A stretch of 64,000 bases of DNA from an uncultured virus (IMG/VR IMGVR_UViG_2061766007_001878). Taxonomy: Duplodnaviria; Heunggongvirae; Uroviricota; Caudoviricetes. The stretch lies in IMG/VR virus record IMGVR_UViG_2061766007_001878, one strand, 5' to 3'. Positions 30,200-39,544 of the stretch are shown here, in pieces (the stretch's first letter is position 1; each line of letters begins with the position of its first letter). The notes under the pieces were generated by a model, which was not told the DNA's origin, ran no database searches, and saw nothing but the letters and a program-made list of their open reading frames with translations. The translations under genes were made by a program, and so were the position numbers.

Positions 30200-30400
30200 A
30201 TGGCTGTCAGAAGTGAACAATCACAATATCTCAAGTTCAGGAAATCGCTGGACAAGGCGTTGCGTGACAACGAAATGCTCAAGGTCGACTACAAGTACGA
30301 GCTTGGCAGGCAAGATGTCATGGATGATACAAGGCTGTTGCTGAACCATCTTGAAGAGATGAAGGATGCGCTGAAAAACATACGGGAGATGATGAGATGA
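30200..30400 (+). CDS. Small hypothetical protein
   Basis: AAGGAG RBS before ATG 30200. Confidence 0.7.
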   Translation: MAVRSEQSQYLKFRKSLDKALRDNEMLKVDYKYELGRQDVMDDTRLLLNHLEEMKDALKNIREMMR

Positions 30401-30612
30401 CACCAGGCGAAAAACAGTTCAGTTCGCTCAATCTCGACAAGAACCTGATGGAGCTTGTCAAGCTGGAATGCGCGTTGAAGAAACATTTTGTTTATATTGA
30501 CAATATAGACGAGTTGAAACACAAGGAAGCCGTCGTCAGGGAATTCGACAAAGCCATAGCGATTGTCAACAACCTGATGAACGGGGTCAAAAAATTAAGA
30601 AGTTCAATATAG
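30397..30612 (+). CDS. Small hypothetical protein
   Basis: ATGA overlap. Confidence 0.65.
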   Translation: MTPGEKQFSSLNLDKNLMELVKLECALKKHFVYIDNIDELKHKEAVVREFDKAIAIVNNLMNGVKKLRSSI

Positions 30613-30639
30613 AGCATGTAATAAGAGGAGAATAAAAGT

Positions 30640-31734
30640 ATGCCAGCAACAAAAATGACATTTTCACATGCCGTAGGATATCGCGGAAAATGCTCCATTA
30701 AACCTAATAAAATTAATGGTGCAACTAATTCAGATGATATCGTGATTCTTTGCACAGGAGGTAATATTAATCTTACACAGGAACCAATCATGTCTGGTGG
30801 TGTCTGGGGCGGTGGTTATGCGAATGCTACACCTATCGCGTATGCTTACAACTACCTTTCTTTGGAAGGTTCTGTTAGCTTCGAGTGGGTTACAAATGTA
30901 AAAACTTGGCTTGCTTTAAGAGGATTTGCATTTGAAGATAGAACGGAACAAACAAAAGTTACATTGCTTCCAGATGGTGTCAATGGTTTTTCAGGAAATG
31001 GATGGTGTTCAAGTATTTCTTTTGAAGCATCAGAAGGAGCTGCTCTGACTGGTAATATGAACTTCAAAGGAGACCCTGGTGATAAGGATGGAGGAGGTAT
31101 TAAGTCAAATAGTGATGTTGAAAATCTTGGACTTGGAGCTAATTCCCCTAAAATCAAATGGGGTACTGGTGGTTTTGGTGATGGACAAGTTGCACCATTT
31201 GCTGGTCCTACATTAATTCCTTATTGGAATACTAAAGTATCTACTGGACCTGCTGATAATCCTACTGATATTGATGATGTTATTAGTTGGTCTTGTAATT
31301 ATAGCTCAGACCTTCAGGTTTTAAAATGCTGTTCATTCCAAAAGCATTTGTATGATGACGAAAGTCCTATTAGTGGATGGGGAAGTCAAACATTTACTCC
31401 TATTAATGGCGACTATATTCTTTGCGGTGAAATGTCTGGTGATGGAAGTCTTACTGTTTTTGCATTGAGAGAATCTGGTGCGTGTAGTTTTGCTCCTGCT
31501 GGTTTCCATACAAAGAAAGAAAATCTTACATTTACTCTCGGCTTTGATTATACAGAGAAAACTTCTTATGAAACAGTTACTATTCCTTATGCATTAATTA
31601 ATAGTGCTTCAACATCTATGACAACAGGTGCATCATATGTTACATGTGATTATTCCTTTAATGCACTTGGTGATGGTAGTGGCCCAATTATGAAAATGAG
31701 TAATAGATTAACTCCTCCACCAGATAATCCTTAA
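30640..31734 (+). CDS. Putative major tail tube protein (paralog 1)
   Basis: Gly/Thr/Ser-rich beta-type sequence; GYRG, EGSVSFE and LIPYW shared with 36851 and 39545; T-ending codon bias; structural-gene context. Confidence 0.55.
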   Translation: MPATKMTFSHAVGYRGKCSIKPNKINGATNSDDIVILCTGGNINLTQEPIMSGGVWGGGYANATPIAYAYNYLSLEGSVSFEWVTNVKTWLALRGFAFEDRTEQTKVTLLPDGVNGFSGNGWCSSISFEASEGAALTGNMNFKGDPGDKDGGGIKSNSDVENLGLGANSPKIKWGTGGFGDGQVAPFAGPTLIPYWNTKVSTGPADNPTDIDDVISWSCNYSSDLQVLKCCSFQKHLYDDESPISGWGSQTFTPINGDYILCGEMSGDGSLTVFALRESGACSFAPAGFHTKKENLTFTLGFDYTEKTSYETVTIPYALINSASTSMTTGASYVTCDYSFNALGDGSGPIMKMSNRLTPPPDNP

Positions 31735-31739
31735 AAGTA

Positions 31740-31779
31740 TAACAAACAAACAACAACAAACAAACAAAAACAACAACAA
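31740..31779 (+). repeat. (A)nC low-complexity tract
   Basis: AACAAACAAACAACAACAAACAAACAAAAACAACAACAA directly after the stop of 30640..31734. Confidence 0.8.
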
Positions 31780-31849
31780 TATATATTCATACACCATTTT
31801 ATACACTATAGTTCTTTTTGAACTCAAAATCCAAAAAACTTTGCCGTTT

Positions 31850-31887
31850 TACCGACTTCATCAGCTTCATGGTGGAGTCGGTTTTTT
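31850..31887 (+). terminator. Intrinsic terminator between convergent blocks
   Basis: ACCGACTTCATCA/TGGTGGAGTCGGT plus T-tract; a second hairpin CCACATGGA/TCCATGTGG at about 31899-31921 could serve the minus strand. Confidence 0.75.
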
Positions 31888-31956
31888 ATAACAAAAAACC
31901 ACATGGAAAACATCCATGTGGCTGTATTTTTGTTAATCTTCTTTATTAAATCGAAT

Positions 31957-32421
31957 TCATGCCGTCTGCTTTTTATTCATGATGACTTCGACCGTGTAAT
32001 ATGTGTCGTCATCGTCGATGCATCCAAAACACGAATGAGTCCGCCCTTTGCCACGTTCAAGAACAAGCTCGTATTCCTTCTTGCCTTCTAGCATTGCGAA
32101 ATTGTCCTTGACCAATGGCAACAGTCTCTTGGTAGAGCATACATAGTTCCCTCCTCTGTCGTAATACTGGAACGCGCATTTGTCCTTCCCGCGTCTCTCC
32201 ACGTGTAGGTTTGTCCACTCGTACACGCAGTCCTCGACGAAGCAGGACAGGTCATAGTCCTTGTCCACCTTCTCGGTGAAGAAGAACGTCCTGATTGCGT
32301 CTATCTTCTTGTCGTACTTGGCTGTCTTTTCGCCTTCCGACAATGCCTGCATCTTGTCCTCGACGCATTCCCTGTATGTGTCGGACAGCTTCCAAAGTAA
32401 TGGTTCGAATTCGATTTGCAT
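31957..32421 (-). CDS. Hypothetical protein
   Basis: AAGGAG RBS on the minus strand. Confidence 0.75.
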   Translation of the reverse strand: MQIEFEPLLWKLSDTYRECVEDKMQALSEGEKTAKYDKKIDAIRTFFFTEKVDKDYDLSCFVEDCVYEWTNLHVERRGKDKCAFQYYDRGGNYVCSTKRLLPLVKDNFAMLEGKKEYELVLERGKGRTHSCFGCIDDDDTYYTVEVIMNKKQTA

Positions 32422-32430
32422 GATTGCTCC

Positions 32431-33765
32431 TTATGACAGTTTGCTGAAATCCCCTGAATAAATCGTCACGGATTCCTCGGCGCGGGTGATGGCGGTGTAA
32501 ATCCACCGTGACCTTTCCTCAGTGCTGAAGACCTTCATCTTGTCTTCCAAGATGACGGCTACATTCTTCCACGATGTGCCTTGCGCTGCATGGCAGGTGA
32601 TGGCATATCCCCAATCCAGATGGATTTGGTACGGATGGTCGATTTTGAATTTCTTGTATGCCTTCTTGTCAGTCCATTGTGGCTGGTTGCGTATCTTGTC
32701 AAGCTCTTCCTTCGGGAGATGCACCGAGGCTATAGCCCTTGTCGCATCATCCGTCTGCGCCATGATGAATGTATCGTTCTGCGCCAGTTCGTCGATGAAT
32801 TCCACATTCCACGCATATTTGTTCTGGCGGTAGTTTATCGGCTGGCTGACCAGATAGACAATCTGACCGTTGTACACGTTTTTAGCCCTGCAATTCACTT
32901 TTACAAGCATTTTGTCGCCGTCCTGTGGAATATCCCTCGGAAATCCTTTCTTTCGCCTGATGATGTCGTTTATCGCGTCTTTTGTGGCATTCGTCCATGT
33001 GATTACTTCGTCGAAGTTGGAGAGATTCTCTTCATCGAATGAGCGCGTATGTTTTGATGTGCCGAATACGCCGAGCGGAATGCTTTTCCCGTGGCGAGCC
33101 ATGTCCGCCAACTGGACAATCGGATTGTTTTCCTCCTGCCTGTGTATCTGCTCCAGCTTGAAATCAGGATGCTTCATGATGTTGAAGGTATCGTTGACAG
33201 GCGGTAGCTGGTAGTGGTCGCCGATGTAAATCGTCTTGAACGGCAATGATTCTATGAAATCGTACATTTCCTTGTTGACCATCGATGCCTCGTCCACGAT
33301 AAGCAACGTGATGCCGTGGAACATATACACGGTTTTCGGCGTATGAACCATCTTGAACCCGCCTGAAATCGGGTCGTTCTCGTATTTGGTATTGTAAAGG
33401 AACGAATGAAGCGTCATCGCCTCGGTAATCCCCTTTCGTTTCAGGTTCATAACCGCCTTCCCCGTGTATGCGCAGACGGCGACGTTGCCAAAACCAGTTT
33501 CAGGACTGTACATCCGACCGCATTCCCTGATGATATGCGGGATGATGGTCGTCTTGCCAGAGCCTGCCACGCCTCCAATTACCCTGTGGTTGTCATTGGT
33601 ATGCAGGACGAAGTTCTTTGCGAATTCGATAGCCTTCTCCTGGTCTTCCGACAAGTCTCTCACTCGTTCTTCTTGAGCTATCCCTTTGGCATATCCGACA
33701 TCTTTCGTAAAAATGTCGTCGTCATCGTCTTCAAATGGATTCATTATTGTATGTACTGTAAACAT
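32431..33765 (-). CDS. SF1B helicase, Dda/RecD-like
   Basis: GVAGSGKTT, CAYTGKA, TLHS, DEASMV, GDHYQLPPV, LEQIHRQ, YAITCHAAQG and YTAITRA. Confidence 0.93.
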   Translation of the reverse strand: MFTVHTIMNPFEDDDDDIFTKDVGYAKGIAQEERVRDLSEDQEKAIEFAKNFVLHTNDNHRVIGGVAGSGKTTIIPHIIRECGRMYSPETGFGNVAVCAYTGKAVMNLKRKGITEAMTLHSFLYNTKYENDPISGGFKMVHTPKTVYMFHGITLLIVDEASMVNKEMYDFIESLPFKTIYIGDHYQLPPVNDTFNIMKHPDFKLEQIHRQEENNPIVQLADMARHGKSIPLGVFGTSKHTRSFDEENLSNFDEVITWTNATKDAINDIIRRKKGFPRDIPQDGDKMLVKVNCRAKNVYNGQIVYLVSQPINYRQNKYAWNVEFIDELAQNDTFIMAQTDDATRAIASVHLPKEELDKIRNQPQWTDKKAYKKFKIDHPYQIHLDWGYAITCHAAQGTSWKNVAVILEDKMKVFSTEERSRWIYTAITRAEESVTIYSGDFSKLS

Positions 33766-33828
33766 GTTTTTTCCTTTTTTAATGGTTATCGTATATAATG
33801 CATTAATATGACGTTTATTTGTTAAATT

Positions 33829-34398
33829 TCAACATTCCTTATACCAGCAGTTCAGTATTCCGACAAATGAGCAAATGCGTTTTAAGATGCCAACTGCCTT
33901 GTCGTACTGTTCTGGCGTGGCACCAAGGATGTCAAAGAACTTTTCCTCTTCAGAACGGTTATTGCTGTTCCAAAAAATACCATGCGTTTTGATGTCAAGA
34001 TTGTCGAATGTATATTGCGTATTCATGTAACAACCTTGTATGCCACCGCATATTTGTTTCATTGCATCATGACCATGATTTCTCGCCATGCAAATTGCTC
34101 TTGTAATCATGGTCAGATTTTCCTTCACCCATTTTTTAGGATATATCGGCTTCATGACTTTGTTGATAAAGTCATGCTGTTCCCGTGTGCTTTCGATATT
34201 GCTGGTATAGATGCTGACTTCTTTCAATGAACATTTGTCCAAATCGAATCCAGCGTCCTGCAAGAGCATTTCAATCGTGACATCGTTTTTCTGCATATGC
34301 TGTTGCTTGAACGCAGATTGCTTTCTCATCATGTCCTTCCTGAAACTCATGATGAGGTTTTTCATTTTGAAATAAGGCTTCATTTTTCTTCCGTCCAA
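33829..34398 (-). CDS. Hypothetical protein (PKKWV family)
   Basis: Shares YPKKWV/FPKKWV with 34380..34931. Confidence 0.7.
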   Translation of the reverse strand: MDGRKMKPYFKMKNLIMSFRKDMMRKQSAFKQQHMQKNDVTIEMLLQDAGFDLDKCSLKEVSIYTSNIESTREQHDFINKVMKPIYPKKWVKENLTMITRAICMARNHGHDAMKQICGGIQGCYMNTQYTFDNLDIKTHGIFWNSNNRSEEEKFFDILGATPEQYDKAVGILKRICSFVGILNCWYKEC

Positions 34399-34931
34399 TT
34401 CATGAATTTACTGAAATCCCTCAGAAAAGTGCTCATGTTATGTATTTTTCTTGTTATTCTCCCCCATTCTGCCATTGTGACTCCTGTTTTTTTCTCGTAC
34501 TGTTCATCAAGCCATGCGGAGAATCCAATAGCATCAATCGTATCTTTGTTCTTTTCTTCTTCGGCTGAAACTTCAGTGCCGATTGTGTAGATGTCGTGGA
34601 TGATGCTTGAAACCAACGCATTCATCTTGTTATGCATTGGAACCACCCATTTCTTCGGGAACATCGTCTGGAATATGTCGTTTGTTATCATGGCGACTCC
34701 GTTGAGGTCGTCTTTCGCGAGATACATGCTTTCGCACCATTCTATTTCGGACGACAGTATTTCGTCGATATTGTCTAAATGCAATTTGCTTCCGATTTCC
34801 TCGAATACAATCACCGCCATCCCGTCTAGCTCATTCTCGTACTTTTCCGAAAGGGATTTCCATGTGTCACGGACATGTTGTTCGAATTCCGCAATCAGCT
34901 TTCTGCTTTCTTCCATGTCAGACGATACCAT
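34380..34931 (-). CDS. Hypothetical protein (PKKWV family)
   Basis: GGAG RBS before ATG 34931. Confidence 0.7.
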   Translation of the reverse strand: MVSSDMEESRKLIAEFEQHVRDTWKSLSEKYENELDGMAVIVFEEIGSKLHLDNIDEILSSEIEWCESMYLAKDDLNGVAMITNDIFQTMFPKKWVVPMHNKMNALVSSIIHDIYTIGTEVSAEEEKNKDTIDAIGFSAWLDEQYEKKTGVTMAEWGRITRKIHNMSTFLRDFSKFMNWTEEK

Positions 34932-35448
34932 TCTGCTCTCCTTTGCTCCAAGAAGACAACTTGTGCTCGCACTCCAATGGGCAGAATGTGGCTTCCTCCA
35001 ATGCATTCCCCTCTGAAAATCCAGCGTTTGAAGCTATCTGCCATGTTTCGTATTTTAATGTTAGATTCATCATGTTTTCATTTGTTATATTCATTGTCAT
35101 GTCTTCATTCGGAGATGGGCATTTATCTACCAAACATACTTCCAATTCATCATTCATATTGACAGTGACATTCTTTTCTTTAATGAATATGCCAAAACAC
35201 CAGCACGATGAAAACACATGCGTTTTTTTCATACACATCAAGACCGAACCAAGCAATTTGTCGTTCTTATGCTTATTGTCTTCTTTTGGAAGGGCGATGC
35301 TCACATTTTCAAGGCTGGTTTCCCATACATGATGCGCCCTTACAACGAAAGGGCAATTTTTATAAGGGCAGTTTTCCTTGCAGAGATTAACGTCTAGCAG
35401 ATGGCACTTGTCCATTACATAGTCTTTCACTCGGTCAAACGTGTCCAT
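34918..35448 (-). CDS. Cys-rich protein, CPxxxEH family
   Basis: CKENCPY...CPLECEHKL. Confidence 0.7.
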   Translation of the reverse strand: MDTFDRVKDYVMDKCHLLDVNLCKENCPYKNCPFVVRAHHVWETSLENVSIALPKEDNKHKNDKLLGSVLMCMKKTHVFSSCWCFGIFIKEKNVTVNMNDELEVCLVDKCPSPNEDMTMNITNENMMNLTLKYETWQIASNAGFSEGNALEEATFCPLECEHKLSSWSKGEQNGIV

Positions 35449-35818
35449 TGTCTTTCTTGTGGCAGAATCCATGTAGCTTATGCTCCATTTCAATCGGGCA
35501 GTCCTGCATCAGATACATGTTGTGTCTGCTCATGAATGCAGTTTCATGCCCGACGATATCCTCTTCTTTATAATGCTTTTTAGTATATCCCACTATGCAT
35601 CCCCATATGCATCCGTCAGTCCGTTCCTTGCCAAATACAACGTATGTCTTCAAGCCATAGGTCTTAGTCATGTCCATATTGTCCATATCGGACAGGCTCA
35701 CATGCCAAGGCAAATCCTTGTAAGGGCATATTGTCCTGCAAACTGACGGGGCGCACCGTGGCGGAATCCATTTTTCGTTGGCTTGGACTGCGGTTACAAA
35801 CACACGGTCTTTTTTCAT
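35435..35818 (-). CDS. Cys-rich protein, CPxxxEH family
   Basis: CRTICPY...CPIEMEHKL. Confidence 0.7.
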   Translation of the reverse strand: MKKDRVFVTAVQANEKWIPPRCAPSVCRTICPYKDLPWHVSLSDMDNMDMTKTYGLKTYVVFGKERTDGCIWGCIVGYTKKHYKEEDIVGHETAFMSRHNMYLMQDCPIEMEHKLHGFCHKKDNGHV

Positions 35819-36063
35819 TTCATCATCTTCCTTGCGTAGTATTTCAGGAGGAACCGTATGATTGGACGGTTCAGGACAGCCATCACCATGTCCGTGATTC
35901 GGTCGTTCGCGACACCCTTTGTGCAATGAGCCGTCTCTTTTAGTAGTTCATTGTACCATTCGTCGCCAAGCACCCCGCTGGCGACATTCGCGAATGCGTC
36001 AGCGTCGCTTAATTCAAACGAATTCGACGATGCGATGATTGTGTAAGTTGTTTTGTCTTCCAT
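35815..36063 (-). CDS. Small hypothetical protein
   Basis: Tightly packed in the minus-strand operon. Confidence 0.65.
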   Translation of the reverse strand: MEDKTTYTIIASSNSFELSDADAFANVASGVLGDEWYNELLKETAHCTKGVANDRITDMVMAVLNRPIIRFLLKYYARKMMK

Positions 36064-36064
36064 T

Positions 36065-36724
36065 TTATTTTCCTGTTTTAATTGTTTTGATTTTCGTCAG
36101 AATCGACGTATATGAGATTCTCTGGTCTCCGTCCCTTGTTGAAATTGTGAAATTTATCTGCATCGGATTTGCTTGCAACATCTCGCCGATGCCATCGGTC
36201 GATGCTGGATTGTCGTACATTGTCTGCATCCACTGAATCATCTTCAGCGCATAATTAGCCAGCAGTTCGCATTGTCCTTCTGTATCGTTTTCTGGAAATT
36301 CGATTTCCGTCAGATTTTTCATCGTCAGCTTCCTGCAATACTTGACACCATATTGATAGGACAAGGTATTGACGAAAACAATCATTTTCATCGCTTCGGA
36401 TTTCAGCCAATAAAATGGGACGATATCATTCCTGACATCGCTTTTCACGCAATTCATGTCATTGTCAATCTCGTGCTCTGATTTTCGGATGAATTCTCTG
36501 ACTGTAAGAAAAAGCGGAGGGTTATGGACAATTGGTATGCTCAGGAACTTTGAACGGTCGCACTGGGAGAACAGCTCGTTCGTATTTGCGTCGAATTCAG
36601 TGGCGATGACTGTCTTCTTGACATCATTATTCTTTTCGTACATGTCAAGCAACTTCTTCCACCGTTCCCTGATTGTCTCGGCGAATGTGTCGATGAGTGA
36701 TTCTATGTCTTCTCTTCCAAGCAT
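36065..36724 (-). CDS. Hypothetical protein
   Basis: 219-aa ORF; sigma70-like TTGAAA...TATATT on the minus strand near 36791-36764. Confidence 0.75.
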   Translation of the reverse strand: MLGREDIESLIDTFAETIRERWKKLLDMYEKNNDVKKTVIATEFDANTNELFSQCDRSKFLSIPIVHNPPLFLTVREFIRKSEHEIDNDMNCVKSDVRNDIVPFYWLKSEAMKMIVFVNTLSYQYGVKYCRKLTMKNLTEIEFPENDTEGQCELLANYALKMIQWMQTMYDNPASTDGIGEMLQANPMQINFTISTRDGDQRISYTSILTKIKTIKTGK

Positions 36725-36850
36725 TTGTTTTTCCAGTTGTCATGATAAATCCTATTTTCTATTAATATACATCATGGAAACGAAATTTCAAGTGGTAAAA
36801 GGTAAAATAATAATATTAGACTGCGTTTTTTAAACAGGAGGAAGACCGAG

Positions 36851-38029
36851 ATGCCAGTAGAAAGCATGAAATATCTGCTGATGGGATACAGCGGATATGC
36901 GCGGATAGACGGATTTGACACGCTGATGACCTCGTTTTCATTGCAGATGAGCGAGAATGTCATCCAGAGCGGAGGGGCAAGCAAGATTTTCAATGACGAG
37001 ATGTTCAACCGTTTCAAGCTGAATGCCGTGCGTGATTATCCAGGATATGATATATCTATCACATGTGATGTCACAAAGAATTTTTTGTTATATTTTCTTT
37101 CAAATCTTCAGACTGGGTTCCGCAGATTCATACAGGTCGAATTCTTCGATAATGCGTCTGGACTTTACTATCTTTTCGACAAATGCTGTCTTACGTCGAT
37201 TCAGTTGTCCGTGGACAACAATTCCGCCACAACCCTGTCGTTCGGGTTCGTCACATACAAGGACGAAATCGAGATAGAGGAAGGGGACGTTGATTATCAG
37301 GCGATTCGTCTTCCTGCTCCAGAACTGGTCGGGGATTCGCTGTTGCCATATTGGGCATGGGGTGTTGACTACACGGATTTTCTTAACAACAGTCCTTTTT
37401 CATTCAATATTTCATATACGCAGGCGGTCACTCCGAAATACGGTTGCTTCGGGGAGAAGTCCAGAAACGCCGTTTGTCCGAAGAAAATCATATTCGGGGT
37501 GCCAGAGGTAAAATATGAGCTGACATACATTCTTGATGGAACCATTACGACGCATGATTTCGAAATAGATTCCGACAAGATTGCACATCCCGATTTCGGA
37601 AAGACATTGGTGGTAAAATACCATCAGGAATTTCCTTCTCCTACAATGTCAGGAGGAGATGATGGAGGAGATGATGGAGATGATGAAACCAGTTTGAATT
37701 CTGCTGACAATGATGGAGATGATGGCGGAGATGGTGGAGATGATGGCGGAGATGGATTGAGTTCTGATTCCAGTGGAAGTGAAGGGACGGTTAGAGAACC
37801 AATTCATTTCAAATTGACTTTCTCCCATTGTTATCCAGACGAATATTCTCCTCAATACGCAAATGCTGGGGATGTGAACAGGATAAGCATTTCTGGCACG
37901 GTATATGGGGGGATTTCATTCGTGGAGGGATTGGAGGCGGATGAAATCGACGGAGTTGACGAAGGCGTTGACGATGGCAATGGAGACGACGGAGGAGATA
38001 ATGATGACGACGAACAGTACGCTTCATGA
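36851..38029 (+). CDS. Tail-tube-like/baseplate-proximal protein (paralog 2) with Gly/Asp-rich insertions
   Basis: MGYSG and LLPYW motifs; DDGGD repeats at about 37650-37760; acidic tail; AGGAGG RBS. Confidence 0.5.
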   Translation: MPVESMKYLLMGYSGYARIDGFDTLMTSFSLQMSENVIQSGGASKIFNDEMFNRFKLNAVRDYPGYDISITCDVTKNFLLYFLSNLQTGFRRFIQVEFFDNASGLYYLFDKCCLTSIQLSVDNNSATTLSFGFVTYKDEIEIEEGDVDYQAIRLPAPELVGDSLLPYWAWGVDYTDFLNNSPFSFNISYTQAVTPKYGCFGEKSRNAVCPKKIIFGVPEVKYELTYILDGTITTHDFEIDSDKIAHPDFGKTLVVKYHQEFPSPTMSGGDDGGDDGDDETSLNSADNDGDDGGDGGDDGGDGLSSDSSGSEGTVREPIHFKLTFSHCYPDEYSPQYANAGDVNRISISGTVYGGISFVEGLEADEIDGVDEGVDDGNGDDGGDNDDDEQYAS

Positions 38030-38070
38030 TAGGTTGGTATAATTGACAAGTAATATTAAAAGGTATTGAT

Positions 38071-38823
38071 ATGGCAAAAGCTAGAATGAATGAAAACGGG
38101 GAGCTTATCAATGTCGAGACTGGAAAGCCCATAGGAAGGCATTCTGGGCACACCACGACGATAAGTTCAACGGATGCCGAACATGTGTTCACTCTTGAGG
38201 ATTACGGCGTGCGCGAGCCAGAAATTCCAGACGAGGAATTCTTTGAAAGAAGGAAATCCAAAAAAAAGAAGGAAGAAGACGAGGATTTCTCCAATGCTGA
38301 AAACACTCCTATAAATGCATCCGACAATGTGGCGGTGAACCAGTCGGATGATTCTGCTCCGTTGCAACATTTCGACGTACAGCCGACTTCGTTCAAGAGC
38401 AAGTCCAAGTACGAGGTCACGGACAAGTCGTATTTCACGGTCAAGTTCGGGCTGTATGAAAAGGAGGAAGGGCATTTCATCCCGATAAAGGAGGAGGCTG
38501 TCGAGACCATGCCACAAGCCGAGATGCACTGGGTCAAATTCAGAATGTGGACATATTCCGAAGAACTTAAATGGAAGTCGGAGTGCCTTGAATACAACAA
38601 TGCCACGAAGTCCCAGTTCCTGAACATGGATAAGCTCAATGAACGCAAGTTGAAATATCTCATGAAGGACTGGTCGTTCGGGGAGTACGACGACAGGTTG
38701 AAGCTGTTGCATTGCGACGGGAGGCTGTCCGACGAGTCGTATTCTATGTTCATGGGGCTGTATCCGTCCATAGCCAGCACGATTGTGGATTTGATGAACT
38801 ATGTATTGGAGAGCAATCAATGA
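38071..38823 (+). CDS. Tail assembly chaperone-like protein 1
   Basis: LMKDWSF...LSDES motif shared with 40769; located between tube-like genes and the tape measure gene. Confidence 0.55.
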   Translation: MAKARMNENGELINVETGKPIGRHSGHTTTISSTDAEHVFTLEDYGVREPEIPDEEFFERRKSKKKKEEDEDFSNAENTPINASDNVAVNQSDDSAPLQHFDVQPTSFKSKSKYEVTDKSYFTVKFGLYEKEEGHFIPIKEEAVETMPQAEMHWVKFRMWTYSEELKWKSECLEYNNATKSQFLNMDKLNERKLKYLMKDWSFGEYDDRLKLLHCDGRLSDESYSMFMGLYPSIASTIVDLMNYVLESNQ

Positions 38824-39527
38824 GCGATGATTTCATGTGGATGCAATTCAACATAAAGGAGTTCAGAAATCGAGACACGGATAAGTATTCCGCATGGGTT
38901 TACATGGACGGTACGCTTCCGCAGGTCTATGAAGATGAACAGCCTAACACGGAGGAAGTGTGGATTAAGTTCTACAAGTTCAACCATTTCTACTGGTCTT
39001 TGCTTGAAAATGAATGTATAGACGAGACGAAGGGAGGTTCGTTCTACAATTACAACAAGCTGAAGCAGTTCATGCTTGAAAGGATGATATGCTCGACTAA
39101 TCTCGAAGACGTGCTGATTGAATATGGAAAGGATGGGAGGCTTACAAAAGAATCCTTTAACAGCGTCATGTCCATCCATCCGAGAATCCTCCGTGTCGTG
39201 ATGAACAAGGTCGATGTCCTTCCGAAGCCGATGGACAAGGACGAGGAACGCGAACTTGAAAAGCAGTGCTCCAAGCTGTTCGGAAGAGGCGAAGGCGTGA
39301 TTAACCCTCATCAGTATATCACGATGTACTGTAATCTTGTGGCATTCTGGGAGAAGTTCGGCATGAACTACTTTGACATCTTGAAGCTACCGCAGGACGT
39401 GTTTTCCGCGTTGAAGAAGGTCATGTCGCTTGAAAACACGAACAAGAGTGAGAGGATGGACGAGATAGCGAAGGAGTCTAAGGCTCAGTCGAAACCAGCC
39501 AAGAGGGGTCATTCGGTAAGTTTCTGA
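38820..39527 (+). CDS. Tail assembly chaperone-like protein 2
   Basis: ATGA overlap; WIKF..NKLK..LTKES..IHP parallels 38071; extra C-terminal FGMNYFDILKLP domain. Confidence 0.5.
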   Translation: MSDDFMWMQFNIKEFRNRDTDKYSAWVYMDGTLPQVYEDEQPNTEEVWIKFYKFNHFYWSLLENECIDETKGGSFYNYNKLKQFMLERMICSTNLEDVLIEYGKDGRLTKESFNSVMSIHPRILRVVMNKVDVLPKPMDKDEERELEKQCSKLFGRGEGVINPHQYITMYCNLVAFWEKFGMNYFDILKLPQDVFSALKKVMSLENTNKSERMDEIAKESKAQSKPAKRGHSVSF

Positions 39528-39544
39528 CAAGGAGTATGTGAACA

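Noticed and set aside
37650..37760. Short tandem repeats as a possible CRISPR array or VNTR (also 58200-58390 and 8950-9050)
   Set aside because: These are in-frame coding repeats (GGDD, GxWxx, PAPQ) with no repeat-spacer structure.
38712..38823. Programmed -1 frameshift between tail chaperones (lambda G/GT style)
   Set aside because: The frames are compatible, but I found no slippery heptamer in the overlap, and 38820 has its own RBS and ATGA start.
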